Assembly: GCA_038087875.1 (NCBI GenBank)
Contig: CM075995.1
Location: forward strand, 6,574,001-6,638,000
DNA: 64,000 nucleotides
Source: Malacoraja senta
Taxonomy: Eukaryota
Direction: 5' to 3'
Part shown: piece after piece, positions 39,244 to 53,972 of the stretch
Position numbering within the stretch: the first letter of the stretch is position 1
Layout: each line of letters begins with the position of its first letter
Translations under genes and position numbers: made by a program
Notes under the pieces: model-generated
What the model was told of the DNA's origin: nothing
The model's database searches: none
Seen by the model: only the letters and a program-made list of their open reading frames with translations

Positions 39244-42200
39244 ATCTTATTGCCAAGATGGAAGCAATGCTGATAAGTGATGGGGATCATGGATCATTCC
39301 ACATTCAATCATGTGCCAATGGGCAAGTAGCTCTTTCATTTTAGATTCCAGCACAGATTCTTTCGAAAACGCACAAAGTTAGTTTGCAGTTAATAATAAA
39401 TTGTCGTTGACTGTGATAAAAAGACCACGCAACAACAATGTGATCTTTTGCCAGATTTTAGTCAGAGGGTGGTGAATCTGTGGAATTCTTTGCCACAGAA
39501 GGCTGTGGAGGCCAAGTCAGTGGATATTTTTAAGGCAGAGATAAATAGAAAGATTCTTGTTTATTATGGGTGTCCGAGGTTATGGGGAGAAGGCAGGAGA
39601 ATGGGGTTTTAGAAGGGAGCGATAGATCAGCCATGATTGAATGGCGGAGTAGACTTGATTTGCCAAATGGCCTAATTCTATTCCTATCACATGATCTATG
39701 ATCCTATTATTTAAGCTGCATCTTTAAACTCTGGGTGATATATCCTGCTATCAATGCCTAAAACCTTACTGGATTCAGGCTAGAGGTGCTGATGGGCCTG
39801 ACCCACTGAGTTTCTCCAGCACATTGTTAAGGTTCCAGCCTTGGGCAAGTTAACCACTCTCCAATCTACTTGAAAGCAGTGAAAGTGTTCAAAAACAAGC
39901 ACTGATATTATTAAGGCAGAGATTGACAAGTTCTTGATTAGTAACCTGATATTCAAAGATTATGGGGAGAAGGCAAGAAAATATGGTTCATTGGGAAAAC
40001 TGGATCAACCATGATCGAATGGTGGAGCAGACTCGATGGGCCGAAGGGACTAATTCTGATCCTATGTCTTATACTCTTATGGCACAGTGGCGCAGCGATA
40101 AAGAGTGCCAGAGAACCCGGGTTCAATCCTGACTACGGGTGCTGTCTGTACGGAGTTTGTACGTTCTCCCCATAAACTGAAGTTACAGGGAGAAGGCAGG
40201 AGAACGGGATTCATTGGTAAAAGCAAATCAAATAACAGCACACACTTGATGGGCCGAATGGCCTAATTCTGAACTTCTCTTATGGTCTTATAGATTACAT
40301 CAGAGAGCAGGATTCCAGATGCCCATGCAGCTACAGAGAACTATTGTCATACAGCAGTACAGGTGGAAATAGGCACTGCAACCCAACTTTCCCACACCGG
40401 CCAACATGTCCCATCTACACTAGTCCCACCTGCCCATTTGGCCCATATTAAATAAATGGTGTTGATGTAAAATGCCTTCCAGTGTCAGAATCTGGTTCAA
40501 AATATTAATGGCATTTTAATTTGCCCATTTGGCCATGCTGTGCTTTAATCCTTTGTTGAATATTCCCCAATTATATTATGATGCCTCTGCCTTAATTTAT
40601 ATGTAGTCCCACTTCAACCTCCTTTCCACATGAGATTGGCTTGAATATCATAGAGTGATACAGAATGAAACAGGTCCTTTGGCCCAACTTGCCCACAGCG
40701 ACCAACATGCCCCATCTACAGTGGTCCCACCTCCCTGTGTTTGACCATATCCTTCCAAACCTGTCCTAATGTTTCTTACACATTGCGATAGTTCCTGTCT
40801 CAACTACTTCCTCCAGCAGCTCGTTCCATACACCGACTTTTCAAAGCTTTTCACTGTACCTCGGTACATGTGACAATAAACTAAACTCAATTCAACACAA
40901 CCCTTTGTGTGAAAAAGTTATCCCTCAGGTTCCTATTAAATCCCGCCTCATCTTTAACCTATGTCCTCTGGTTCTTGATTCCCCTACTCTGGGCAAGAGA
41001 CTGCGTCTACCCGATCTATTCCTCTCATGATTTTGTAGACTTGAGATGGACAAAATAGCCACAAATGACTAAAAAGCGCATTCTTTCACTTGTGGTACTA
41101 CACTTGTGAATTGTGTACTTGCTTGCTCTCCAGTGTATTATAGAGATAATCATTCCTTGAGGCAATCTATTTCCTATGCAGATTTAACTTGGCTCCTCTC
41201 TGCTCAATTCTGCCTGTTTACTTATTTCATGGCTTATTAACTTTGCTGAAAGTCGCTATAAGTAATGTGTTTATCTCTCTTTTAAGTTGGCAGTGTCCTC
41301 CATGTTCACAGCTTGATAGATCAATTCCAACTCAAAAGGTGAGGTGGTACGGTGGCGCAGCGGTAGAGTTGCTGCCTTACAGCGCCAGAGACCTGGGTTC
41401 CAACCTGACTACTGCCGCTGTCTGTACGGAGTTTGTACGTTCTCCCCATGATCCGAGTTGGTTTCTCCGGTGTCCTCCCACACTCCAAAGACGTACAGGT
41501 TTGGACGTTAAATGGCCTCGGTAAAAATTGTAACTTGTCCCTAGTGTGTGGGATAGACTATAGACAATAGGTGCAGGAGTAGGCCATTCGGCCCTTCGAG
41601 CCAGCACCGCCATTCAATGTGATCATGGCTGATCATCCCCAATCAGTACCCCGTTCCTGCCTTCTCCCCATATCCCCTGACTCCGCTATTTTTAAGAGCC
41701 CTATCTAGCTCTCTCTTGAAAGCATCCAGAGAACCTGCCTCCACCGCCCTCTGAGGGATAGTGCTAGTGGACGGGGTGATCACTGGTTGGAGTGTACTCA
41801 GTGGGCCGAAGGGCCTGTTTCCACACTAAATCTCTAAAGTGCAGATAGTAAAATGACACTGCACATCTTCGATGCATTTCTGAGTAATTGTCACATCGTC
41901 TGCTCATTAGTGTGCAGACTGATGCACACATCCACCACACGGAGGCAGACCCGAGCTGTCACAAGCACGCACAAGGGTTGGATGAGTTGCTTTGACATCG
42001 ACCAGTGGAGTCCTATCACCAGTCCCATCTTTCCCTATTTTTCCCCCCCTTCCCTCAACTTTCTGCAGCGACCGGGCTCACTGTGACCCACCCCCTCCCC
42101 AGGTCCTCCCATCCACTCCTGTCATAGAGTCATACAGTGTGGAAACAGGCCCTTCAACCCAAACCGACCAACATGTCCCATCTACACTAGTCCCACCTGC

Positions 42201-42970
42201 TTGCGTTTGGCCCATAATCCCTCTAAACCTGTCATATCCATGAAGAAACTGTCCCTGACACTTTTATAATGTAATTTATAACAGGCAGACCTGTGAGACT
42301 ATTTTGTGACCAGTATAATTCACAAATCACTTTTCACGCAGTTAATTTGGTCTCTGGACGCCTACATGCAGGAACAGAACATCACAGCTCCAAAGACCTC
42401 GGTCTCTATCTGGACTACGGGTGCTCTCTGTACGGAGTTTGTACCTTCTCCCTGTGACTGAGTTTTCTCTGGTTGCTCTGGTTTCATCAGTTCTAGGAGC
42501 AGAATTAGGTCATCAAGTCTACTCCGCCATTCAAACATGGATGATCTATCTCTCCCTCCCAACCCCATTCTCCTGCCTTCTCCCCATAACCCCTGACACC
42601 CGTACTAATCGCCACCTTAAAATTATCCATTGACTTGGCCTCCACAGCCTTCAGTGGTAATGAATTCCAGATTCACCACCCTCTAAAGAAATTCCTCCTC
42701 ATTTCCTTTCTAAAGGTTCGTCCTTTATTTTGAGGCTGTGACCTCTGGTCCTAGACTCTCCCACAAGTGGAAACATCCTCTCCACATCCACTCTTTCGCT
42801 ATTCGGCAAGTTTCAATGCAGTTTCCTCCCATGCTCCAAAGACCAGCCGGTTTGTACATTGCCCCTGGTGTGTGTAGGATTGAACTAGTGATCGCTGGTC
42901 TGCATGGACTCGTTGGGCCGAAGGGCCTGTTTCCGTGCTCTATCTCTACACTAAACTAAGTAAACATTAC

Positions 42971-43114
42971 CGAACACTGGAGAATTTTCATTGTTATCAT
43001 CTCCACTCGAGTTGAGAAATACGTCCAAAGCTTCCTGATCAGACACGTCCATGAGATCCATCTGTTCCAGCATGTCCACGTTGACCTCCATGGAGGACAT
43101 GCTGCCAATGGGCT
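42971..43114 (-). CDS. DTNBP1: DTNBP1 coding exon (~exon 9), 144 nt
   Basis: ttgcag|AGCCCATT...GTGTTCG|gtaatg; (E)[47 protein letters not shown]. Confidence 0.96.
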
Positions 43115-43899
43115 CTGCAAAAATGATCAACATCAAACACATTAAAACCACAGCAGAACACAAAAGATTGATGCACGTGATGGTGAGGCCACATTTGGAG
43201 TACTGTCAGTGGGTCAGGCAGCATCTGTGGAGACAAAGAATGGGTGACGTTTCCGGTCTAGGCCCTTCTTCAGAATGAGAGTCCAGTCTCAGTTTGATGA
43301 TGGGTCTTGGATTCTCAGTCTGTTCTACATTTTCCTTGACCTTTGATCTCTCGTTTTCACACCTTACCCTTCCATATCTCTGTCTCCCTCTCCCCTGACT
43401 CTCAGTCTGGCGAAACATCACCCATTCCTTCTCTGCAGAGATGCTGCCTGTCCCGCTGAGTTACTCCAGCTTGTGTCTATCAAAAGGATAACTAGGTTGC
43501 TTTACATACCACTGCCTCCCTGTCAGAAGGATGCGGCAAGCGGTGATTACAGTCACAATCCCTTGGCGTTAATGTGTCAAGCGCTGCTTCTGAAAAATAT
43601 TAACCAACCCACCAAACGCTGCCTCACTAGCACTATCCTGCACTGTCCTAGGGACAACTTACAATTTTTACTGAAGCTAAATCAATGTACAAGCCTGTCC
43701 GTTTTTGGAGTGCAGCACCCGGGGAAATCCCACGCAGGTCACGGGGAGAACATACAAACTCCGTACCGACAGCACCCGTAGTCAGGATCAAACCCGGGTC
43801 TCTGGCGCTGTGAGGCAGCAGCTATACCGCTGTGCCAGCATGCCACCTAATCTCTTATCGTGGCTTTTGTTCATCCATCCATCACTGGGAACCTTCTCT

Positions 43900-44870
43900 T
43901 ACAGTATATTTACAATATACATCAATGATTTAGACGAAGGGATTAAAAGTAACATTAGCAAATTTGCAGATGACACAAAGCTGGGTGGCAGTGTGAACTG
44001 TGAGGAGGATGCTATGAGAATGCAGGGTGACTTGGACAGGTTGGGTAAGTGGGCAGATGCATGGCAGATGAAGTTTAATGTGGATAAATGTGAGGTTATC
44101 CACTTTTGTAGCAAAAACAGGAAGGCAGATTATTATCTAAAAGGTGTCGTTGGGAAAAGGGGAAGTACAACGGGATCTGGGGTCCTTGTTCATCAGTCAA
44201 TGAAAGTAAGCATGCAGGTACAGCAGGCAGTGAAGAAGGCGAATGGCATGTTGGCCTTCATAACAAGAGGAGTTGAGTATAGGAGCAAAGAGGTCCTTCT
44301 GTAGTTGTATAGGGGCCCAGTGAGACCACACCTGGAGTATTGTGTGAAGTTTTGGTCCCAACTTGAGAAAGGACATTCTTGCTATTGGGGGAGTGCAGCA
44401 TAGGTTAATTCCCGGGATGGCGGGACTGTCATATGCTGAGAGAATGGAGCGGCTGGGCTTGTACACTCTGGAGTTTAGAAGGATGAGAAGGTATCTCATT
44501 GAAACATATAAGATTGTTAAGGGTTTGGACATACTAGAGGCAGGAAACATGTTTACCGATGTTGGGGGAGTCCAGAACCAGGGGCCACAGTTTAAGAATA
44601 AGAGGTAAGCCATTTAGAACCGAGACGAGGAAACACTTTTTCTCACAGAGAGTGGTGAGTCTGTGGAATTCTCTGCCTCAGAGGGCGGTGGAGGCCGGTT
44701 CTCTGGATGCTTTCAAGAGAGAGCTAGATAGGGCTCTTAAAGATAGCGGAGTCAGGGGATATGGGGAGAAGGCAGGAACGGGGTACTGATTGGGGATGAT
44801 CAGCCATGATCACATTGAATGGCGGTGCTGGCTCGAAGGGCCTACTCCTGCACCTATTGTCTATTGTCTA
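43900..44870 (+). mobile_element. CR1 LINE fragment including the RT core
   Basis: FTIYINDLDEGIKSNISKFADDTKLGG continuing to the 3' tail, with frameshifts. Confidence 0.92.
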
Positions 44871-46111
44871 CAGTGTGCTCGCGTTACAGCAGTGGTGCAA
44901 GACTGAAGGATAGTGAACTTGGTTTAGTTTATTGTCACGTGTATCGAGGTACAGTGTGCAGCTTTTGTTGCGTGCTAAGCTAGTCAGCGGAAAAACTGTT
45001 AGCAATATTACCCTTGGGTTGCTGTGCTTTCACTGTGTGCCTGTATAGCCAGTGCCCTCTTAATTATTGGTTAGGTAATGTCTTGAAGCTATTTAGCAAC
45101 AAGGCTCCTCTTCAAAAAGAAAACTATTTTTAGATACGACACGCCGGGTTTAACAGACTGAGCATAAAAATTGTCTGGATTTCAGAAGAAGCAACAATTA
45201 ATTAATGTTGACACACGGACTCTACAAGTTGCCGTTTGGATCGAGAAACAATTTGCTGGGGAAACTCAGCAGCATCATGGAAGGGAAGTGTACAGTCGAC
45301 TGAGGAGAGTTGGTTTTTATTCTAGTTTTAGAGATACAGCGCGGAAACAGGCCCTTCGGCCCACCGAGTCCGTGCCGACATGGAAACATAGAAAATAGGT
45401 GGAGGAGGAGGCCATTCAATATGATTATGGCTGATCATCCAGAATCAGTACCCCGTTCCTGTTTTCTCACCATTTCCCTTGATTCTGTTAGAGAGCTATG
45501 TCTAACTCTCTTGAATACATCCAGTGAATTGGCCCCCACTGCCTTCTGTGACAGAGAATTCCACAGCTCTCTGGGTGAAAAGGTTTTCCTCATCTCAGTC
45601 CAAAATGACCTACCCCTTATTGTTCAACTGAAGAGGTAGTTGAGGCTGGGACTATCCCAACGTTTAAGAGACAGTTAGGCAGGTTCATGGATATAGGCCA
45701 AACGCAGGCAGGTGGGACTAGTGTAGCTGGGACATGTTGGCCAGTGTAGGCATGTTGGGCCGAAGGGCCTGTTTCCACGCTGTATCACTCTAAAAGGGCA
45801 GAATAGTCTATCTTGGATCAGTTTCTGGCAGTGTTACAGTTCTGGTATCAGCTTATGCAATTCTGCAAATTACCCCATAAAATAGCAAAGAACCTGCTTA
45901 TTTCCAGTGCTCTCTGCCACTATTAACTGGAAGATATAGTACGTGATGTCTTAGCAACATTTTTCCTTTGGGTCCTCCACCCCCACCTCCTTTATCTGAT
46001 TTCATGCTTCAGTTTTCTTTCCTATTAGAAGTTAAAGACTTAATGGGAACATGATGGGCAACGTTTCACTCAGTGGGTGGTGGGTATATGAGCTGCTGGG
46101 GGAAACTGCTT

Positions 46112-46490
46112 GTGGAGGAAGGAACTGCAGGTGCTGGTTTACACCGAAGATAGAGACAAAATGCGGGAGTAACTCAGCGGGTCAGGCAGCATCTCGGGAG
46201 AAAAGGAATAGGTGCCGTTTCGGATCGAGACCCTTCTTCAGATTGAGGGTCAGGGGAGGGGGGGACAGAGATATGGAGGGGTAAGGTGTGAAAACACAGA
46301 TCAAAGGGGACGGCGGTCAAGGAAACATTGTTAGTTGAGGGGAAGGTGACAACGAGGCGTACAATCAGTAAATTTTAATCAGGAGGACAGTGGAACTAGT
46401 CGGAGAACTAAATAGGATGAAGAACAAAGAGAGAGAGAGGCAAAGCAAGAGTTACTTGGAGTTAGAGAAACCATATTCGGTGAACCGCTG
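46112..46490 (-). mobile_element. Penelope-like element 3' end
   Basis: Degenerate endonuclease end, UTR, CTGAAGAAGGGTCTCGATCCGAAAC core and the common tail, on minus. Confidence 0.7.
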
Positions 46491-48308
46491 AGTTAGGGGA
46501 GGTAGTTGTTGGTCCTGACCTCCCATCTACCTCATGTAGAAAAGTGTGAAGTCATGCATTTTGGTAGCAGGAATAAAGGCGTAGACTATTTTCTAAATGG
46601 GGAGAGGAACGGATGTCAAGGGTTACGGGGAGAAGGCAGGAAAATGGGATTAGGAGGCAGAGATCAGCCATGAGTGAATGGCGGAGTAGACGCGATGGGC
46701 CGAATGGCCTAATTCTACACCTTTAACTTGTGAACGTGATTCAGAAATTCGGAGTACTGGTGCAGGATTCCCAAAAGGTTAATTTGCAAGTTGAATTGGT
46801 AGTAAGGAAGGCAAATGCAATATTAGCATTTATTTCAAGAGCATAGAGTATAAAAACAGGGATGTAATGCTGAGGCTTTATCAGGCACTAGTCAGACAGC
46901 ATTTGGAGTAATGTGAGAAGTTAGGTATTTTTAAGGTGGAGATGGACAGATACTTGATTAATCTGTGTGTCAGGGGTTATGGGGAGAAGGGTTATGGGGT
47001 TGAGAGGGAAAGTTAGATCAGCCATGATTGAATGGTGGAGTAGACTCAATGTGTACTTCGGAGTAGCGCAATGTCTACTACCAATTCGGAATAATGGCCG
47101 ACATCTGCTCCTATGACTTATGAACATAACTCTTTTATAGGAGAGGCATAGATATGGCAAAAAGACAATCTTTCCCCCCAAAGTAAGAATTTAAAACTAG
47201 TGGGCATAGGTTTAAGTGAGAGGGGGCAGATTTAAAAAGGACCCTAGAGGCAACTTCTTTACACAGAGGGACATTGAGTGCTGGTGAAAGTGGTAGAGTG
47301 GGAGAGTCTAGGACCAGAGGGCACAGCCTCAGAATAAAAGGACGTACCTTTAGAATGGAGATGAGGAAGAATCTCTTCAGTCAGAGGATGGTGAATCTGT
47401 GGAATTCATTGCCATAGACGGCTGTGGAGGCCAAGTCAGTGTCATACACTTGTTAAAGAGGAGATTGATTGGTTGGTGATTAGTAAGGACATTTAGTTTA
47501 CTTTAGTTGATTGTCACGTGTACCGAGGTGCAGTGAAAAGTTTTTTTGTTGCGTGCTAACCAGTCAGCGGAAAGACAATACATGATTACAATCGAGCCAT
47601 TTACAGTCAAAGGTTGCGGGGAGAAGTCAGGAGAATGGAGTTGAGAGGGAAAAATAGATCAGCCATGATCGAATAGCGGAGTAGACTTGATGGGACGAAT
47701 AGTCTAATTCTGCTTTTATGTCTTATGGTACAATTATAACACTTGGGCAGGCTCATGGATAGGATAGGTTTGGAGGGATATGGACCAAGGCAAGTGGGAC
47801 TATCTCAGTTAGGCAATCTGGTCAGCATGGATGAGTTGGGCCAAAGGGCCTGTTTCCATGCTGTATAACTATGGCTTCAGGATACATTGAGGGAAATAAA
47901 AGCACTTTTGCCCTTAACTCCCATTTTGCTTTTTCTTTGAAAATATTTAAGCATGATTTCATTTTTGCAGAGTGCTGGTGCAGGACCATTTTGTGATAAA
48001 ATATAACTTATTCTCCAGATGTTTGTGGAATAAATCTGGTAAAAATAAACTGAAATCTATTCTGCAATGCTCAGATGTGTTTATCCTTGCGATGACCTGC
48101 GGGCATCTCATAAGGTTGAATGCTTTCATCTGGAAGAGCAGAGTCAAAAGTTATTTTTACATTTATGGATGAGGAAAAATAATTGCAGAATTAAAGAAAA
48201 AGAACTGGACTGGAAAGTGGAGAAATAAAAGCCGGAGAGCAGTGCTGAACTACCATCTACCTCTCTGGTGACCCTCGGAGTATCCATGATCGAACTTTAC
48301 TAGCCTTA

Positions 48309-48638
48309 TAGCCCTGTCCCACGGTACGAGTTCATTCCAAGAGCTCTCCCGAGTTTACAAAAAATCAAGCTCGTGGTAAGCACGGAGTTTGAACGTAGCG
48401 GGTACGTCGGAGCTCGGGGACGTCTCTTAGCGGCTCGTAACGCTAACGGCAGGTACTCGGGAAGACTCGCTAATGGCAGGTGAGCACGGGAAGACTCGTG
48501 AAGATTTTTCAACATGATGAAAAATGTCCACGAGAGCCCCACGTACCGGCGAGCGGCCATTACCGTAAATCTCCGAGTTCGAATCAGGGCAAACTCGGGA
48601 GAACTCTTGGAATGAACTCGTACCGTGGGACAGGGCTT
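48309..48638. mobile_element. Harbinger-type MITE, type A (second copy)
   Basis: Colinear with 435-754; flanks TTA/TCA. Confidence 0.85.
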
Positions 48639-48658
48639 TCACCTTGCACTAAACGTTA

Positions 48659-48889
48659 AGGGCCTGTCCCACTTGGCGATTTTTTTGCCGACTGCCGGCA
48701 TTATTGACTGACGTATCAGGTCACCGAAAAATTTGCAGCGTGATGACGTATAGGATGCGCGGTGTTTCCTCAAGTGTCGCAACATTTTTTCTTGTCGCCA
48801 CTGGATTTTGAAATGTTCAATATCTTTTGGCGACACTGATATGACGCCGGCAGTAGCCGAAAAAAAATCGCCAAGTGGGACAGGGCCCT
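48659..48889. mobile_element. Harbinger-type MITE, type B
   Basis: TIR AGGGCCTGTCCCACTTGGCGATTTTTTT with its inverse at the right end; TTA/TAA flanks. Confidence 0.8.
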
Positions 48890-49619
48890 TAAGTCCCTTA
48901 TCTTGTATCTATACACTCAACTAACTGGCTGTTTCCTTTAGTTTAGATGTATTAAAGTAAATTGATTTAAATATATGCCTCTGGTTAAAGCTTTAATATT
49001 AATTTAATGTTAATTCGAACATTAGAGGGGCACTGTGGCTCAGCGTTAGAGTTGCTGCCTCTCAACACCAGAGACCCGTGTTCGATCCTGACTACGGGCG
49101 CTGTCTGAAAGTGGAATCATATACAATCAGGGGAGATCGGATGATCATTGGTCAGTGCGGACTCGGTGGGCCGAAGGGCCCAATTCCTGTATCTCTAAAC
49201 TAAACTAATCACAGCTTTAGAGATGGTGCCGGACTCTCGGAGTTAGTCCAGCACTTTGTGTTGTATGTATGTGACACCTTGTGTTCCCTGACTATAAACT
49301 ATAAGTTGTCCATCCAATATTGGAACATAAAATATTCCACTGAAACTATACTTTCCTTCTCTACATATAGCGATGAATCAAATATCAGGGAGCACGATGG
49401 CACAGCGGTAGAGTTGCTGTCTTGCAACAACCAGAGACCCGGGTCCATCCCGACTGCACGAAGTTTGTACTTTCTCCCCGTGACCAGTGTGACCCGTGCT
49501 CCGGTTTCCTCCCACACTCCAAAGACGGATAGGTTTGTAGGTTTATTAGCTCTGGTAATAATTGTAAATTGTCCCTAGTGTATTTAGGGTAGTGTAGAGT
49601 ACAAGGACACGGTGGGCCA

Positions 49620-50856
49620 AATATAACCATATAACCATATAACCATAACAGCACGGAAACAGGCCATCTCGGCCCTTCACGTCCGTGCCGAACATTTAAA
49701 AAATTTTTTTTTTTTTAAATTAAAAATAAATACTTCCCCCTAGTCCCATCTACCTGCACTCAGACCATAACCCTCCATTCCTTTCCCGTCCATATACCCA
49801 TCCAATCTATTTTTAAAGGATAACATCGAACCTGCCTCCACCACTTCCACTGGAAGCTCATTCCACACAGCTACTACTCTCTGAGTAAAGAAGTTCCCCC
49901 TAATGTTCCCCCTAAACTTCTGTCCCTTAATTCTCAAGTCATGTCCCCTTGTTTGAATCTTCCCTACTCTCAATGGGAAAAGCTTATCCACGTCCACTCG
50001 GTCTAACCCGCTCATAATTTTAAAGACCTCTATCAAGTCCCCTCTTAACCTTCTGCGCTCCAAAGAATAAAGACCTAACTTGTTCAACCTTTCTCTGTAA
50101 CTTAGTTGCTGAAACCCAGGCAACATTCTAGTAAATCTCCTCTGTACTCTCTCTATTTTGTTGACATCCTTCCTATAATTAGGCAACCAAAATTGTACTC
50201 CATACTCCAGAATTGGCCTCACCAATGCCTTGTACAATTTTAACATTACATCCCAACTTCTATATTCAATGCTCTGATTTATAAAGGCCAGCACACCAAA
50301 AGCTTTCTTTACCACCCTATCTACATGAGATTCCACCTTCAGGGAACTATGCAGTTATTCCTAGATCCCTCTGTTCAACTGCATTCCTCAATTCGCTACC
50401 ATTTACCGTGTACGTCCTATTTTGATTTGTCCTGCCGAGATGTAGCACCTCACATTTGTCAGCATTAAACTCCATCTGCCATCTTTCAGCCCACTCTTCC
50501 AAATGGCCTAAATCTCTCTGTAGACTTTGAAAATCTACTTCATTATCCACAACACCACCTATCTTAGTATCTTCTGCATACTTACTAATCCAATTTTCCA
50601 CACCTTCATCCAGATCATTGATGTACATGACAAACAACAGTGGACCCAACACAGACCCCTGAGGCACCCCACTAGTCACCGGCCTCCAACCTGACAAACA
50701 GCCATCCACCATTACTCTCTGGCATCTCCCATTCAGCCACTGTTGAATCCATCTTGCTACTCCACCATTAATACCCAACAATTGAATCTTCTTAACCAAC
50801 CTTCCACGAGGAACCTTGTCAAAGGCCTTACTGAAGTCCATATAGACAACATCCAC
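49620..50856 (-). mobile_element. CR1/HER1-type LINE 3' fragment (best preserved in the window)
   Basis: ORFs 50347-50856 and 49740-50336: DFSKAFDKV...SGVPQGSVLGPLLF...KYAEDTK; (TATATGGT)n-type tail. Confidence 0.93.
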
Positions 50857-53669
50857 TGCTTTGGCCTGAAATGGCCTGTTTCCACGCTGTATCTTCAGAA
50901 ACTAAAATATAAAATCTGCTTTCAACCAGTACCTTGCAATGCAGAATGTTTCTTTGTTAGTGAATTTGACATTAACTTATGGTTTGAACAATTATTCACA
51001 CTTTAGACTTTAGAGATACAATGCGGAAACAGCCACGCCGACCGGTGATCACCCCGTACACTAGAATAATTCGTACACACTCGAGACAATTTATAATTTT
51101 ATCAAAGCCAACTAACCCACAAACCCCCATGTCTTTGGAGTGTGAGGGGAAACCGGAGCATCCTGAGAAAACCCAAGCGGTCACAGTGAGAACGTACCCG
51201 CAGTCAGGATTGAACCTGGGTCTCTGGCGCTGCAAGGCAGCAATTCTACCGCTGCGCCACTATAACACTCAACTGTGTAATTTTTACAATTTACAGTTCA
51301 GTTTAGTTTATTGTCACGTGTACCAGGGTACAGTGAAAAGCTTTTGTTGCGTGCTAACCAGTCAGCGGAAAGACAACACATGATTACAATCGAGATATGT
51401 GATACACGATACACTCCGTTAGCTGTTTACAAGCTGTGGATTAGTTTAGTTTAGAGATACAGGAAACGGGCCCTTCGGCCCACCGAGTCCGCACTGACCA
51501 ACGATAATCCGTTCTCACTGATTCTATATGATTCCACTTTCAGACAGCGCCCGTAGTCAGGATCGAACCCGGGTCTCTGGCGTTGAGAGGCAGCAACTCT
51601 AACGTTGAGCCACCATGCTGCCCTAATGTTGGAATTAACATTATATATTAAAGCTTTAACCAGAGGCATATATTTAAACCAATTTACTTTCATAAATCTA
51701 AACAGCCAAAAACCAATATTGAATAAAATGAGCTTTTCATATTAATTTAACCTGCCTGTTAGGTAGCCAATAATAGAATCTTTAACATTTTCAGCTGTAA
51801 CAATTTGAAGCCAAATTATTTTTAGAGATGCTTTAGACTTTAGACATTAGAGATACAGCGCGGAAGCAGGCCATTTGGCCCATTCGAGTCGGCACTGAAC
51901 AGTAATCAGCCTGTACACTATCCTACACACTAGGGACAATTTTATAACTTACCGAAGCCAATGAACCTACAAACCCGTACGTCTTTGGAGTGTGGGTGGA
52001 AACCGGAGCACCCGGAGAAAACCCACACGGTCACAGGGAGAAGGTACAAACTCCGTACAGACAGCACCCGCAGTCAGGATCGAACCCGGGTCTCTGGCGC
52101 CGTATGGCAGCAACTCTACCTGCCCCTGAAGCTCTGCTATTTTATGAGAATAAGAACATAAGACAGGCCCTTCGGCCACCATGCCTGTGCCGATAAGACT
52201 ATCCCTTATCTGCCTGCACATAATCTATATCCCATACTCCTTGCATATGCATGTGCCTATCCAAAAGTCTATTAAATGCCACTGTTGTGTCTGTCTCAAC
52301 TACCTCCTCCAGCAGCTCGTTCCATACACCTATCACCCCCTGTGTGAAAAAGTTACTCCTCAGGTTCTTATTAAATCTTTCCCCCTTCACCTTAAACCTA
52401 TGTCCTCTGGTTCTCGATACCCCTACGCTGGGCAAGAGACTCTGTGCGTCTACCTGATCTATTCCTCTCATGATTTTGTACACCTCTATAAGATCACCCC
52501 TCGTCCTCCTGTGCTCCAGGGAATAGTTCCAGCCTGTTCAACCTCAGCCCTATAGCTCAGGCTCTCGGAGTCCGGGCAACATCCTTGTAAAATTTCTCTG
52601 CACCCTTTCCAACGTGACTATTTCAAGGTTTGGATGTTTCCACAAGGAGCGATGAGTCACTGACTGTTTCAGTTTATGCCCCAATGCAGACGGCACAGAT
52701 GAAACCTGTTTGGAGATTTGGACAGGCTACCCACAAAGTAGACAGTGGGAAGCAGTCAAAGTTGATGTGCATTCTTCCATGTAATTCAATCCAATGGAGG
52801 TTTTCATTCAATGTGAGATCGAGAAGTATACTTAAAGCAATTTGCAAGTCTGCATCATAACTGCCTCTACATCTCGGTGGAAAATTGCACATTAAATTCA
52901 CTCTTTTGCCTCTGTTGCATGTCCTCCAGGGGACATTAATGATGTTTTGGGAATTTCCTGATCTCTTGGTGTGGGGGGGGGGGGGGGGGGTAGTCTGGAA
53001 GCGAGAGAGGGCCAGGACAAATCAGATGAAGAAGGGTTCCGACCCAAAACGTCACCTATTCCATTTCTCCAGAGAAGCTGCCTGACCCGCTGAGTTACTC
53101 CAGTATTTTGTGTCTATCCAAATATATACAATTCTTCTCCTGACTAACAAAGACATGTATAATTAATTGCCTCTGGGACAATTTACAATTCTACCCAAGC
53201 CCCAAACACACACACACACACACACACCTGGTTGCTTACGTTTTCCCTCATGGGTTTATTAAGCAAAATGACATTATCCATAGGGTTCCATTGATGGAAC
53301 ATCACAGTCAGTAACAAAGCTATTCTCAGATCATATGTCAGTCATAGAGTGATACAGTGTGTGGAAACAGGCCCTCCGGCCCAACGTGCCCACACCGGCC
53401 AACATGTCCCAGCTACACTAGACCCACCTGCCTGCGTTTGGTCCACATCCCTCCAAACCTGTCCTATCCATGTACCTGTCTAACTGACAATACCTAACGC
53501 AACATGGTTGATTCCATGGTCATTACGGTTTAAGAGTTATGAGTTTATTGTCACGTGTACCGACGTGTACAGTGAGGAGCTTTTGTTGCGTGCCAAACGG
53601 CCAGCGGAAAGATAATACATGATTACAATCGGGCCATCCGCAGTGTAGAGATGCATGACAAAGGGTCTT

Positions 53670-53972
53670 ACCTTCCACTACCTGCAACCTCCGGCAACCA
53701 CCTGCAACCTCCGGCAACCACCTTCAACTAGCATCGCAACCGGCTTCGATTAAAAAATTACCAATTTTTTAAACGGCAACCTATTTTTAGTCGCGGCCGG
53801 TTTTGAATTTTTTGAAATAATCGCCGGAACATAGAAGAAGCGGAAACCACTTTCGACCATTAGGGAGACTGACAAAAACCTCCGGGAACCTCTGGGAACC
53901 GCACGGAAACCTTGGGTGGGGCGCAAAGTCTCCAGAGGTTTCCGTTCAGGTTTCCTAAGTGGGACAGGGGCA
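53670..53972. mobile_element. Truncated Harbinger-type MITE, type D
   Basis: Ends in GTGGGACAGGGGCA followed by TAA; internal GCAACCTCCGGCAACC repeats; left TIR absent. Confidence 0.65.

Noticed and set aside
48656..48892. piggyBac element (TTAA on both sides)
   Set aside because: The ends are GGGCC rather than CCY and match the other MITEs with 3-bp flanks; TTAA arises from TTA/TAA plus the terminal A/T
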